Source: Thermoanaerobaculia bacterium
Lineage (GTDB): Bacteria; Acidobacteriota; Thermoanaerobaculia; UBA5066
Direction: 5' to 3'
Length of the DNA: 64,000 nt
Assembly (NCBI GenBank): GCA_963719225.1
Contig: CAVRAY010000001.1
Location: forward strand, 3,360,001 to 3,424,000
The position numbers and the translations under genes are program-made. The stretch's first letter is position 1. Every line of letters begins with the position of its first letter. The notes below the pieces were generated by a model. It made no database searches. It was not told where the DNA came from and saw only the letters and a list, made by a program, of their open reading frames with translations. Shown one piece after another: positions 20,734 to 30,055 of the stretch.

Positions 20734-20900
20734 CCGCGTGACGAGTCACGCGGTCGTGGTGGCGGGGGGAAAGGGATGCACTGCTCCAATGTGCTTCTCG
20801 GGGTTCGTGACTCGCATGAACTAGCTGCATCATTCCTTCGATGATGCAGAAGGACCATGAAAGTGCCCCACTGAATGCAATCTAATCAGTTGAGCAGCAA
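20734..20900. promoter_or_regulatory. AT-richer regulatory region with two 9-bp inverted repeats upstream of the cytochrome gene
   Basis: CCGCGTGAC-GA-GTCACGCGG (20734-20753) and CTGCATCAT-TCCTTCG-ATGATGCAG (20825-20849). Confidence 0.45.
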
Positions 20901-21080
20901 GTAACTTATGCGTCCATACCGCGGGCCCTGCCGGCCGGTTGGCGCGGCCGCTTACCGGCAGGAAAATGAGGGCGAGAATGACCGCATTCTCGAAGCGTCG
21001 GCCGCGCCTGGAAACGGGACCCGTTTTTTTCGGGCGCCGGAGAACAAGACGCCCGAATCTCTCGTTAAGATCGAGTCTCG

Positions 21081-24000
21081 ATGTCTCTCCTCTCCCCCCT
21101 CCACCCCGCCGTTCAGACCTGGTTTCGGGACCGGCTCGGCGAGCCCACGCCCCCGCAGAGCGAGGGATGGCCGGCGATCCGCGACGGCCGGAACACGCTC
21201 ATCGCGGCTCCGACGGGATCCGGCAAGACGCTCGCGGCGTTTCTCTCGGCGATCGACGCCCTGATCCGTCAGGGTTCCGATTTGAAGGACGAGACGCAGG
21301 TTCTCTACATCTCGCCCCTGCGCGCGCTGTCGAACGACGTCCAGAAGAATCTCCAGGGCCCGCTCGCCGAGATCCGGGCTCTGGATCCCACGGTCCCCGA
21401 AGTGCGTGTACTCGTGCGCACGGGGGACACGCCCTCGGGAGAGCGCGCCGCGATGACGCGCCGGCCGCCCCACATCCTCGTGACGACCCCGGAGTCCTTC
21501 TATCTCCTGCTCACGAGCGCGGGCGGGCGGAAGATGCTCCGCACGGTCTCCACCGTCATCGTCGACGAGATCCACGCGCTGATCCGCGACAAGCGCGGCA
21601 GTCATCTCGCGCTTTCCCTCGAGCGCCTCGAGCACCTCGCCGGCCGGCCCGTCCAGCGCGTGGGCCTCTCGGCCACGCAGAAGCCGCTCGACGAGGTCGG
21701 CCGCTTCCTCGTCGGCGAAGGGCGCACCTGCACGCTCGTCGATGCCGGCACCTTCCGCACTCTCGATCTCGGGATCGAGGTTCCTCCGTCGCCGCTCTCG
21801 ACGGTGTGCTCCCACGAACAGTGGGAGGAGATCTACGCGCGCATCGGCGAGCTCGTCCGCGAGCACCGGACGACGCTCGTCTTCGTGAACACGCGGAAGA
21901 TGGCCGAGCGCATCTCGGCTCAGCTCACGCGCCTCCTCGGGGAGGATGCGGTGACGAGCCACCACGGCAGCCTCTCGAAAGCGCGCCGCCTCGACGCCGA
22001 GCAGCGCCTGAAGGCGGGCACGCTCCGCGCGCTCGTGGCGACGGCCTCTCTGGAGCTCGGGATCGACGTCGGCGACGTGGACCTCGCGATCCAGGTCGGC
22101 GCGACGCGCTCGATCGCGACGTTTCTCCAGCGCGTCGGCCGCGCCGGGCACGTGCTGAGGAAAATCCCGAAGGGGCGGCTCTTCCCGCTCACGCTCGATG
22201 AGCTCGTCGAGGGGGCAGCCCTTCTTTCCTCCATCCGGCACGCGGTCCTCGACCGCACGCCGATTCCGCCGCGCCCGCTCGACATCCTCGCGCAGCAGAT
22301 CGTCGCGGCCTGCGCCGGCGAAGCCTGGGACGAGGAGACGCTTTTCGATCTCGTGAGAAAGGCCTGGCCGTACCGGGAGCTTTCCCGCGAAGAGTTCGAC
22401 CGCGTGGTCGCGCTTCACACGGACGGCCGGCGCGCGCTCCTGCACCGCGACGGCGTGAACGGCCGCCTCATGGGGACGAAGCGCTCGCGCCTCACCGCTC
22501 TCATGTCCGGAGGCGCGATTCCCGACACGGCGGACTACCAGGTGAGGCTCGAGCCGGAAGGCACGCTCGTCGGGACCGTCAACGAGGACTGGGCCGTGGA
22601 GTCCAACGGCGGCGACATCTTCCAGCTCGGCAACACCTCGTGGCGCGTCATCCGCATCGAGCCCGGCATCGTCCGCGTGGCGGACGCGAAGGGCCAGCCG
22701 CCGACGCTCCCCTTCTGGCTCGGGGAAGCGCCCGGCCGAACGCGTGAATTGGCCGCGGAGATCGGAAAGCTACGGGAGGGCTGTGAGCTCTCGGGAGAGG
22801 CGGCATCTCCTCCTCCTTCGCTCGCAAACTCGCTTCGCTCAGACAGTGCTCGCGGCGTCGGAGGAGACGCCGCCTCCCCCTCGCTCTCCCCCTCTTCCTC
22901 TTCACCTTCTAAGAACTCTTCTCTTTCGTTTCTCTCTCTCGAATGTGGAGACGCCTTGCCGGAGGGCGCCGCCGTCCAGATCGCCGAGTACGTCGAGGCG
23001 GGACGGCAGGCGCTCGGCGGCGTCCCCACGCAGAAGCGCGTGATCCTCGAGCGCTTCTTCGACGAGAGCGGCGGGATGCAGCTCGTCGTCCACGCGCCCT
23101 TCGGCTCGAAGATCAACAAGGCCTGGGGGCTCGCGCTGAGGAAACGCTTCTGCGTCGGCTTCGGCTTCGAGCTCCAGGCGGCCGCGAACGAGGAGGCGAT
23201 CGTCCTTTCGCTCGGCCCGCAGCACAGCTTCGAGCTGCCGGAAGTCTTCGACTACCTCAATCCCGCCACCGCGCGCGAGGTCCTGGTCCAGGCCGTCCTC
23301 CAGTCCCCGCTCTTCGAGACGCGCTGGCGCTGGAACGCGCAGCGCGCTCTCCTCCTCGACCGGACCCGGAACGGCAAGAGGGTGCCGGCGAACCTGCAGC
23401 GGATGCGCGCGAACGACCTCCTCGTCACGGCATTCCCGCAGGTCATCTCGTGCCCCGAGACGCTTCCCGGCGGCCCCGTCGAGGTGCCGATGGACCACCC
23501 TATCGTCGCGCAGACGATCGAGGACTGCCTCACGGAAGCGATGGACGTCGAGGGCTTCCTGGAGGTGCTGCGCGGCCTGAAGGACGGATCGATCGAGCGG
23601 CGCGCGGTGGACACCGTGGAGCCCTCCGCCTTCGCGCGCGGGATCCTCTCCTCGCAGCCCTACACGTTCCTCGACGACGCGCCGCTGGAAGAGCGGCGCA
23701 CGCAGGCCGTCTTCTCGAGGCGCGTCCTGGACACGCGCTCCGCGGACGAGATCGGCATCCTCGACCCGGAGGCGATCGCGCGTGTCCGGGAAGAAGCATG
23801 GCCGCAGCCTTCGAGCGCGGAGGAGGTCCACGAAGCGCTCCTCTGGATGGGATACGTGACGGCCGAGGAAGGCCGTCCCTGGCAGGCGTGGCTGCACGAG
23901 CTCGCCGCCGCGCGCCGCGTCGCCCTCGAGGAAGGACGCTGGTACGCGGCGGAGGCGACGCGCGACCCGAAGGCGGTGCTCCGGGGGCGCATGGAAGCTC

Positions 24001-25112
24001 TCGGCCCGGTCGTCGCCGGGGGGCCCGACGAAGCCGTGCTCCGCGAGCTGGAAGCCGAAGGCGCCGTGCTCCGCACGCGCATCGAGGGACACGAGGCCTG
24101 GTGCAACCGGCGGCTTCTCGCCCGCATCCACCGCTACACGCTCGACCGTCTGCGCAAGGAGATCGAGCCCGTCACCGCCTCGCAGTTCCTGCGCTTCCTC
24201 GCGTGCTGGCAGCATGCGGATCCCGAGCATCGCCTGGACGGCCCGCGCGGAGTGGGGCAGGTCGTCGCGCAGCTCGCCGGCTTCGAGATTCCCGCAGCGG
24301 CGTGGGAAGGCAGCGTCCTGCCGTCGCGCGTGCGCGGGTACAAGCGCGAGTGGCTCGATCAGCTCACCCTCTCGGGGGAGATCGTCTGGGGCCGGCTCTG
24401 GGGCGCGGCGACCGGGCCGACGCGGCGGACGCCGATCTGTCTCGTCGAGAGGCGGGATCTGGACGAGTGGTCCGCGCTCGCGGCGCAGGCCCCCGCGCGA
24501 GAGCCCTCCGGAAGGGCGCTCGAGATCCAGGAGGCGCTCCTCGGGAAAGGCGCGATGTTCTTCCAGGAGGTCGCGCGCGCGACGAAGCTGCCGCCGACGT
24601 TCGTGGAGGAGGGCCTCAGCGAGCTCATCGCGCTCGGACGCGTCACGTGCGACTCGTTCAGCGGGCTCCGCTGGCTGATCGTGCCCGCGCCGAAACGAAA
24701 GACCGCCATCCTCTCGACCGGCCGATGGAGCCTCCTGCCGCGCGAAGCGTCGACTCCCCCGTCGGCCGAGTTCGTGGCGCGCCGCCTCCTGCAGCGCACG
24801 GGGGTGGTGTTCCGCAAGACGCTCGCGCGCGAGAAGCAGCCGCTTCCCTTCCGCGACGTCGCACGCGTCCTGCGCACGCTCGAAGCGCGCGGCGAGGTGC
24901 GCGGCGGGCGCTTCGTCGCCGGATTCGACGGTGAGCAGTACGCGCTGCCCGAAGCCGTCGCGCTGCTCAGAGCCGTCCGGAAGCGCATGAATCAGGCCGG
25001 CGAGCTTCCGCCGGTCCTCGTCTCGGCAGCCGACCCCCTGAACTTCCAGGGAATCCTGACCCCCGAGGAGAAAATCGCGCCGGCGACGCGGCGCGAGCTG
25101 CGCGTGGCGTAG
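21081..25112 (+). CDS. lhr: Lhr-family ATP-dependent SF2 helicase (long form with C-terminal winged-helix region)
   Basis: APTGSGKT, TTPES, DEIH, LSAT, SLELGID and QRVGRAGH motifs; C-terminal RGGRFVAGFDGEQYA and AADPLN. Confidence 0.92.
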   Translation: MSLLSPLHPAVQTWFRDRLGEPTPPQSEGWPAIRDGRNTLIAAPTGSGKTLAAFLSAIDALIRQGSDLKDETQVLYISPLRALSNDVQKNLQGPLAEIRALDPTVPEVRVLVRTGDTPSGERAAMTRRPPHILVTTPESFYLLLTSAGGRKMLRTVSTVIVDEIHALIRDKRGSHLALSLERLEHLAGRPVQRVGLSATQKPLDEVGRFLVGEGRTCTLVDAGTFRTLDLGIEVPPSPLSTVCSHEQWEEIYARIGELVREHRTTLVFVNTRKMAERISAQLTRLLGEDAVTSHHGSLSKARRLDAEQRLKAGTLRALVATASLELGIDVGDVDLAIQVGATRSIATFLQRVGRAGHVLRKIPKGRLFPLTLDELVEGAALLSSIRHAVLDRTPIPPRPLDILAQQIVAACAGEAWDEETLFDLVRKAWPYRELSREEFDRVVALHTDGRRALLHRDGVNGRLMGTKRSRLTALMSGGAIPDTADYQVRLEPEGTLVGTVNEDWAVESNGGDIFQLGNTSWRVIRIEPGIVRVADAKGQPPTLPFWLGEAPGRTRELAAEIGKLREGCELSGEAASPPPSLANSLRSDSARGVGGDAASPSLSPSSSSPSKNSSLSFLSLECGDALPEGAAVQIAEYVEAGRQALGGVPTQKRVILERFFDESGGMQLVVHAPFGSKINKAWGLALRKRFCVGFGFELQAAANEEAIVLSLGPQHSFELPEVFDYLNPATAREVLVQAVLQSPLFETRWRWNAQRALLLDRTRNGKRVPANLQRMRANDLLVTAFPQVISCPETLPGGPVEVPMDHPIVAQTIEDCLTEAMDVEGFLEVLRGLKDGSIERRAVDTVEPSAFARGILSSQPYTFLDDAPLEERRTQAVFSRRVLDTRSADEIGILDPEAIARVREEAWPQPSSAEEVHEALLWMGYVTAEEGRPWQAWLHELAAARRVALEEGRWYAAEATRDPKAVLRGRMEALGPVVAGGPDEAVLRELEAEGAVLRTRIEGHEAWCNRRLLARIHRYTLDRLRKEIEPVTASQFLRFLACWQHADPEHRLDGPRGVGQVVAQLAGFEIPAAAWEGSVLPSRVRGYKREWLDQLTLSGEIVWGRLWGAATGPTRRTPICLVERRDLDEWSALAAQAPAREPSGRALEIQEALLGKGAMFFQEVARATKLPPTFVEEGLSELIALGRVTCDSFSGLRWLIVPAPKRKTAILSTGRWSLLPREASTPPSAEFVARRLLQRTGVVFRKTLAREKQPLPFRDVARVLRTLEARGEVRGGRFVAGFDGEQYALPEAVALLRAVRKRMNQAGELPPVLVSAADPLNFQGILTPEEKIAPATRRELRVA
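22793..22945. repeat. Palindromic REP/MITE-like element with a pyrimidine-rich tail, inserted in frame in lhr
   Basis: 17-bp inverted repeat with 1 mismatch: GAGGCGGCATCTCCTCC (22797-22813) and GGAGGAGACGCCGCCTC (22860-22876). The core is CAAACTCGCTTCGCTCAGACAG and codon usage is atypical. Confidence 0.65.
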
Positions 25113-25118
25113 GGAGAA

Positions 25119-26213
25119 ATGAGCGCGATGAAACGGCTCGGGCTGGTCCTTTTCACCCTTGCGCTCGACGCGCGAGCCGAGATCCGTCTCGATACGATCA
25201 AGCTGCCGCAGGGCTTCAGGATCTCCGTCTACAGCGACGCCGTTCCCGGAGCGCGCTCCATGGCGATGGGCCCGGGCGGGACGCTCTTCGTCGGGTCGCG
25301 CGACGCGGGCAACGTCTACGCGCTCGTGGACGCCGGCGACGGCACGCGCGCCGGCCAGGTCTTCACGCTCGCGAAAAACCTGAACGAGCCGAACGGCGTG
25401 GCGGTGAAGGACGGTGCGCTCTACGTGATGGAGATCTCGCGCCTGCTGCGCTTCGACGCGATCGAGAAGAGGCTCGGGAACCCGCCTCCGGCCGCCGTCG
25501 TCACGGAGGCGTTCCCGAAGGACCCTCACCACGGCTGGAAATTCATCGCGTTCGGCCCCGACGGCCTCCTCTACGTGCCGATCGGAGCGCCGTGCAACAT
25601 CTGCCGGCGCAGCGATCCCTATGCGTCGATCACCCGCCTGAAGGCCGACGGCTCCGGCTCCGAGATCGTCGCGCGCGGCGTTCGGAACACCGTCGGCTTC
25701 GACTGGCACCCGGAAACGAAGGAGCTGTGGTTCACCGACAACGGGCGGGACTATCTGGGCGACGACAAGCCGGCCGACGAGCTGAACCGGACGCCTCGCA
25801 AAGGACTCAACTTCGGCTTCCCGTACTGCCATGGCGGCGACGTTTCCGATCCGGAATTCGGCAAGGAGTTTCCCTGCCGCGACTTCGTCCCGCCCGAGCT
25901 GAAGCTCGGCGCCCACGTCGCGGCCCTCGGAATGCGCTTTTACAGGGGGCAGATGTTCCCCGCCGAGTACCAGGGACAGATCTTCATCGCCGAGCACGGT
26001 TCCTGGAACCGGAAGAAGAAAGTCGGATACCGCGTCGCGCTCGTGCGGCTGAAGGACGGCAAGCCGGTCTCCGAAGAGCCCTTCGCACAGGGCTGGCTCC
26101 AGAGCGAGAAGGCGTGGGGACGGCCCGTCGACGTTCTCGTCCGGCCGGACGGCTCGCTCCTCGTCTCGGACGATCTGGCCGGAGCGATCTACCGGATCTC
26201 GTTCGGGAAGTAG
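25119..26213 (+). CDS. PQQ-dependent glucose/sorbosone dehydrogenase family beta-propeller
   Basis: GAPCNIC, GVRNTVGFDWHP, TDNGRD, EHGSWNR and GRPVDV motifs; signal peptide. Confidence 0.9.
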   Translation: MSAMKRLGLVLFTLALDARAEIRLDTIKLPQGFRISVYSDAVPGARSMAMGPGGTLFVGSRDAGNVYALVDAGDGTRAGQVFTLAKNLNEPNGVAVKDGALYVMEISRLLRFDAIEKRLGNPPPAAVVTEAFPKDPHHGWKFIAFGPDGLLYVPIGAPCNICRRSDPYASITRLKADGSGSEIVARGVRNTVGFDWHPETKELWFTDNGRDYLGDDKPADELNRTPRKGLNFGFPYCHGGDVSDPEFGKEFPCRDFVPPELKLGAHVAALGMRFYRGQMFPAEYQGQIFIAEHGSWNRKKKVGYRVALVRLKDGKPVSEEPFAQGWLQSEKAWGRPVDVLVRPDGSLLVSDDLAGAIYRISFGK

Positions 26214-26298
26214 ACGCCGCCCTTCGCGGTATCATGAGCGCCGTACTGCAAGGAGAATCCGCGATGCGTCCTGCCAGCCGGCCCGGGGGAGAAGGCGT

Positions 26299-26601
26299 AT
26301 GAATCCGTCGGCCCTTTTCGAGGTGAAGGGATTCACGGGACTGGTCCTCCTCGCGTTCGCGGGAATTCTCTTCCTCATCCTCGTCATCTCGTTCCGCTCC
26401 CGCGCTACCGTGTTCTGTCAGTACCTCAAGGCGATGACGGGCGTCGAGCTCAAGCCGCGTCAGGTGCGTAGCGTCTACAAGGACCGCGGGAAAAACGGCG
26501 TGCGCGAGATGTTTCTAGACCTCATCATCAAGGAAGACCTTCGTCAGACCGGCCCTCTCCAGATACCCAAGGACGTCAAGGCGCCCGCGTCGAAGAGCTG
26601 A
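26299..26601 (+). CDS. Hypothetical single-TM protein
   Basis: GGAGAAGG RBS, one hydrophobic helix, host-like codon usage. Confidence 0.65.
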   Translation: MNPSALFEVKGFTGLVLLAFAGILFLILVISFRSRATVFCQYLKAMTGVELKPRQVRSVYKDRGKNGVREMFLDLIIKEDLRQTGPLQIPKDVKAPASKS

Positions 26602-26624
26602 GGGGCGCGAGGCTTCCACGCGTT

Positions 26625-26640
26625 CGGCACGTTCTCTGCT
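26625..26640 (+). promoter_or_regulatory. Putative sigma-54 promoter
   Basis: CGGCAC-GTTCT-CTGCT with GG-N10-GC spacing, directly upstream of the VWA gene. Confidence 0.4.
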
Positions 26641-26653
26641 CCATCCGGCCTCG

Positions 26654-28585
26654 ATGCCCGGCACCGTCCTCTCGAGGATGCGTCGCGCCCTCGCGGCCGC
26701 CTTCGGCCTGCTGCTCGCGGCTTCGCCGGCCGCCCCGCAGGACAAGCCGCCGGAAACTCCCCGGAGGGAGGGCGGCGTCGTCGCGACGGAAGAGGTCCAG
26801 GTCCTGACGCTGGACGTCCTCGCCCTCGACAAGAAGGGCCGGCCCGTGTTCGGGCTCGTCGCGGCCGACTTCGAGGTGCGCGTCGCCGGAAAGATCCAGA
26901 CGATCGACTTCTTCGAGCCCCCCCGCGAGCCCGCGGTCCGGGGGACGGGAGCTCCGAAGGAAGGCCGGCCCGACTCTGAGGAAAGGATCGCCGGCACGAC
27001 GACGCCCTTCGAAGCCAGGGGCGCGACGCGGCACGTGCTCTTCTACGTGGACCTCGAGCAGCTCCCGAAGAGGACGATCTACGAATCCGCGAAGGCGATC
27101 CGAAGCGCCCTGGAGCACCCGGCCGCGGGGCGCTACTCCCTGGCGGCAAACTTCGTGAGGGCCTCGACGCGCGTCTGGGACTCGGACGCGCCCGACGCGA
27201 TCCTCGCCGAGGCGGACGCGATGGCGGCGGAGGCCTCGAGCGGCGAGTCGGTGACCTCGCGCACGAGCGCGTCGGGGCGCGAGCGCGGCCTCGCGACGGC
27301 CGTACCGTCCGTGGCCCCCGCGTCGTACGAGGAGCGTTGGAATCTCGAGAAGACGCTGATCGAGGACCTCATCGCGGCCGAGTCAGCGGGGCCGGGTGCC
27401 GACACGCGTGGGCAGGTGCAGGCCATCGTGGAATACGTCTCCGCCGAGGGCCGGCGGGTGAAGACCTCCGTCGAGAACCTGCGCGAGACGGCGGGGCGGC
27501 TCGCGGCGCTCGAGGGGCCGCGGCACATGTTCATTCTCTCCGAAGGCATCGAGCGCGTCCCGGGCTTCAACTTCCTCTCGCGGCTCAAAGCCGAGGAGGA
27601 CGCTCGCCTCAGGAGCTCCACGACTGCGGGCGGCGCGGGCGGGCCGTTGGGCACGGCAGCGCCGCCCTGGGCGCCGGGGGCGACACGCGCCGTCGCCGGG
27701 GGGCGGTTCGCGTTCAACGCGATCCCGCTCCGCGAAGTGGACGAGCTCGAGCGTTGGCTCGCCGCGTCGGGCGTCATCGTCCACTACATGGATCCCAGTC
27801 CTCTCGGAATGGACCTTCCGAGCGCCGAGGATCGATTCGCCTTCGAGTCCGGCCAGCGGCGGGAAGGGGCGAAGAACCTCCACGACACGCCGCTGCGGTT
27901 CGCGTCCGAGACCGGCGGCCTGACGCGCCTTTCCGGGAACGACCTCTCCGGCGCCCTCGGCGACCTCCTCGACGCGACGTCGTCCACGTACCGCCTCGGC
28001 GTGCGCCTGCAGGGCGTGGATCCGAAGAAGACCTACTCCGTGAAGGTGTCGACGCGCAAGGCAGGCGTCAACATGCTCGCGCGGACGGCGTTCAAGCCGG
28101 CCTCGACCGCTCCGCAGACCGCGGCCGCGCTTTCCTCGGAGGCGCGTCACGCGGGACTCGCGGCCCGTGCGGACGAGCGCCGCCCGGGCGTCGCCCGCCT
28201 CGCGAAGAAGCCGCTGCCCGTCGTCCTGGAGTGGAAGGGCCTCTCGTCGCTTCGCTCGAACGACCCCGCCAAGCCGTTCTGGAAGCTCGACGTGAAGATC
28301 CCGCACGAGGCGCTCACCTTCCGTCCGGAGGAAGACGTCTTTCTCGCGAGCGTCCAGATCGCCGTCGAGGCCGTCGCGGTGGACGGGCCGCTGCGCGACT
28401 CCTTCGCCGACGACTGGCTCCTCTCCTACTCGGGTCCAGAGTACAAGGAGGCACGCGACCGGGACGCCGTCCGCACCGTCACGCTGCAGCTCCCGCCGGG
28501 CCGCTGGGAGCTGAAAGTCTCCGTCCACGATGCGCTCGGCGAGACCTTCGGCGCCGCGGCCGTGCGCGTCGAGGCCGCGCGCTGA
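26654..28585 (+). CDS. VWA-related (acidobacterial-type) exported protein; start may be 26678
   Basis: Signal peptide; LDVLALDKKGRPVFGLVAADFEV, ILSEG, ASETGG and YRLG motifs. Confidence 0.75.
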   Translation: MPGTVLSRMRRALAAAFGLLLAASPAAPQDKPPETPRREGGVVATEEVQVLTLDVLALDKKGRPVFGLVAADFEVRVAGKIQTIDFFEPPREPAVRGTGAPKEGRPDSEERIAGTTTPFEARGATRHVLFYVDLEQLPKRTIYESAKAIRSALEHPAAGRYSLAANFVRASTRVWDSDAPDAILAEADAMAAEASSGESVTSRTSASGRERGLATAVPSVAPASYEERWNLEKTLIEDLIAAESAGPGADTRGQVQAIVEYVSAEGRRVKTSVENLRETAGRLAALEGPRHMFILSEGIERVPGFNFLSRLKAEEDARLRSSTTAGGAGGPLGTAAPPWAPGATRAVAGGRFAFNAIPLREVDELERWLAASGVIVHYMDPSPLGMDLPSAEDRFAFESGQRREGAKNLHDTPLRFASETGGLTRLSGNDLSGALGDLLDATSSTYRLGVRLQGVDPKKTYSVKVSTRKAGVNMLARTAFKPASTAPQTAAALSSEARHAGLAARADERRPGVARLAKKPLPVVLEWKGLSSLRSNDPAKPFWKLDVKIPHEALTFRPEEDVFLASVQIAVEAVAVDGPLRDSFADDWLLSYSGPEYKEARDRDAVRTVTLQLPPGRWELKVSVHDALGETFGAAAVRVEAAR

Positions 28586-28603
28586 TCCCGTAGACTCGCC
28601 CGG

Positions 28604-30055
28604 ATGGACGAGCCGCTCGGGGACTTCCCTCCCGACGCGTTCCGCGAGATGGGGCACGCCGCGGTGGAGCGGCTCGCGCGCTACTTCGAGACGCTCGAGT
28701 CGCGACCCGTCCTCGCACGGACGAAGCCGGGCGAGGTCCTCGCGCAGATGCCCCGCCGGGCGCCGGAAGAGCCCGAGCCGTGGGAGGCGATCGAGCGCGA
28801 CCTCGACCGCCTCGTGGAGCCGAACCTCACGCACTGGCAGCACCCCGGCTACCTCGCGTACTTCGCGAACACGGGCTCGGCCCCCGGAATCGTGGGCGAT
28901 TTCCTCGCGGCCGGCTACAACCAGGTCGGCATCCTCTGGCGCACTTCGCCCGTCCTCACGGAGCTCGAGCAGGGAGTCGTGCGGTGGCTGCTCGAGCTCG
29001 TCGGGCTTCCGTGGGGGCCGGGCGGCTTCGACGGACAGCTGGCCGACACGGCCTCGACGGCTTCTCTGATCGCGCTCGCGGCCGCACGCGAGGAGGCGTT
29101 TCCCGACGTCCGCAAGACCGGCCTTTCGGGCCGTCCTCCCGGCGTCGTCTACTGCTCGGAGCTCGCGCACTCGTCGATCGACAAGGCGTGCGTCGTCCTC
29201 GGGCTCGGCACCGAAGGGCTGCGGAAGATTCCGGTCGACGCGCAGTTCCGGATGGACGCGAACGTCCTCGAGTCGGAGATCGCGAAAGACCGGGCGGCCG
29301 GCCGCGTCCCCGTCGCCGTCGTCGCCACCGCCGGCACGACCACGGTGACGTCCGTCGATCCGCTTCAGGCGCTCGCCGACCTCTGCGAGCGCGAGCGGAT
29401 CTGGCTTCACGTGGACGCGGCCTACGCGGGCTCGGCCGCGGCGCTGCCGGAGATGCGCCCGCTCTTCGCGGGCTGGGAGCGCGCGGACTCCGTCGTCTTC
29501 AATCCGCACAAGTGGATGCTCGTGCCCCTCGAGTGCACCGGCCTCTTCTTCCGGCAGATGGAGCGCGTGCGGCTCGCCTTCTCCGTCGTGCCGAACTACC
29601 TCGAGACGCCCGAAGGGCAGACGGTGCGCGAGTACATGGACTACGGAGTGCAGCTCGGCCGGCGCTTCCGCGCTCTCAAGATGTGGATGACGCTGCGCGC
29701 CTTCGGCGCGTCCGGCGTGAGGGCCCGCCTCCGCGGCCACGTCGCTCTCGCCCGCGCCCTCCGCGGCGTTCTCGAGCGCGAAGAGGGAGTCGAGATCGCC
29801 GCGCCCGTGCCGTTCTCGGTGATCGCGTTCCGCTGGACGTCCCCGGACCTCACCCCGCAGGAGACCGACGCCGCGAACGCCCGGATCCTCGCCCGGATCA
29901 ATGCGGAAGGCCGCTCGTTCATCTCGCACGCTCTCGTCCGGGGCCGGTACACGCTTCGCGTCGCGATCGGCAACGTCCGCACCTCTCGCCGCCATCTCCA
30001 GGCGTTCCTCGCCGATCTCCGGGCCGCGGTCGCGTCAGAGAGTGAGGGCGCCTGA
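28604..30055 (+). CDS. PLP-dependent aromatic L-amino-acid decarboxylase family (group II)
   Basis: THWQHP, HSSIDKA, WLHVDAAY, FNPHKW (PLP Lys) and LGRRFRALK motifs. Confidence 0.92.
   Translation: MDEPLGDFPPDAFREMGHAAVERLARYFETLESRPVLARTKPGEVLAQMPRRAPEEPEPWEAIERDLDRLVEPNLTHWQHPGYLAYFANTGSAPGIVGDFLAAGYNQVGILWRTSPVLTELEQGVVRWLLELVGLPWGPGGFDGQLADTASTASLIALAAAREEAFPDVRKTGLSGRPPGVVYCSELAHSSIDKACVVLGLGTEGLRKIPVDAQFRMDANVLESEIAKDRAAGRVPVAVVATAGTTTVTSVDPLQALADLCERERIWLHVDAAYAGSAAALPEMRPLFAGWERADSVVFNPHKWMLVPLECTGLFFRQMERVRLAFSVVPNYLETPEGQTVREYMDYGVQLGRRFRALKMWMTLRAFGASGVRARLRGHVALARALRGVLEREEGVEIAAPVPFSVIAFRWTSPDLTPQETDAANARILARINAEGRSFISHALVRGRYTLRVAIGNVRTSRRHLQAFLADLRAAVASESEGA

Noticed and set aside
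22780-22960. Possible intein in Lhr (insert flanked by Cys)
   Set aside because: It is only about 55 aa and has no C-terminal His-Asn or block B motif. A palindromic DNA insertion explains it better.
28604-30055. Aromatic amino acid decarboxylase as part of the oxazolone cluster
   Set aside because: It is over 10 kb away, has its own promoter-like box and converges on the intervening operon. Oxazolone formation also needs the carboxyl group.
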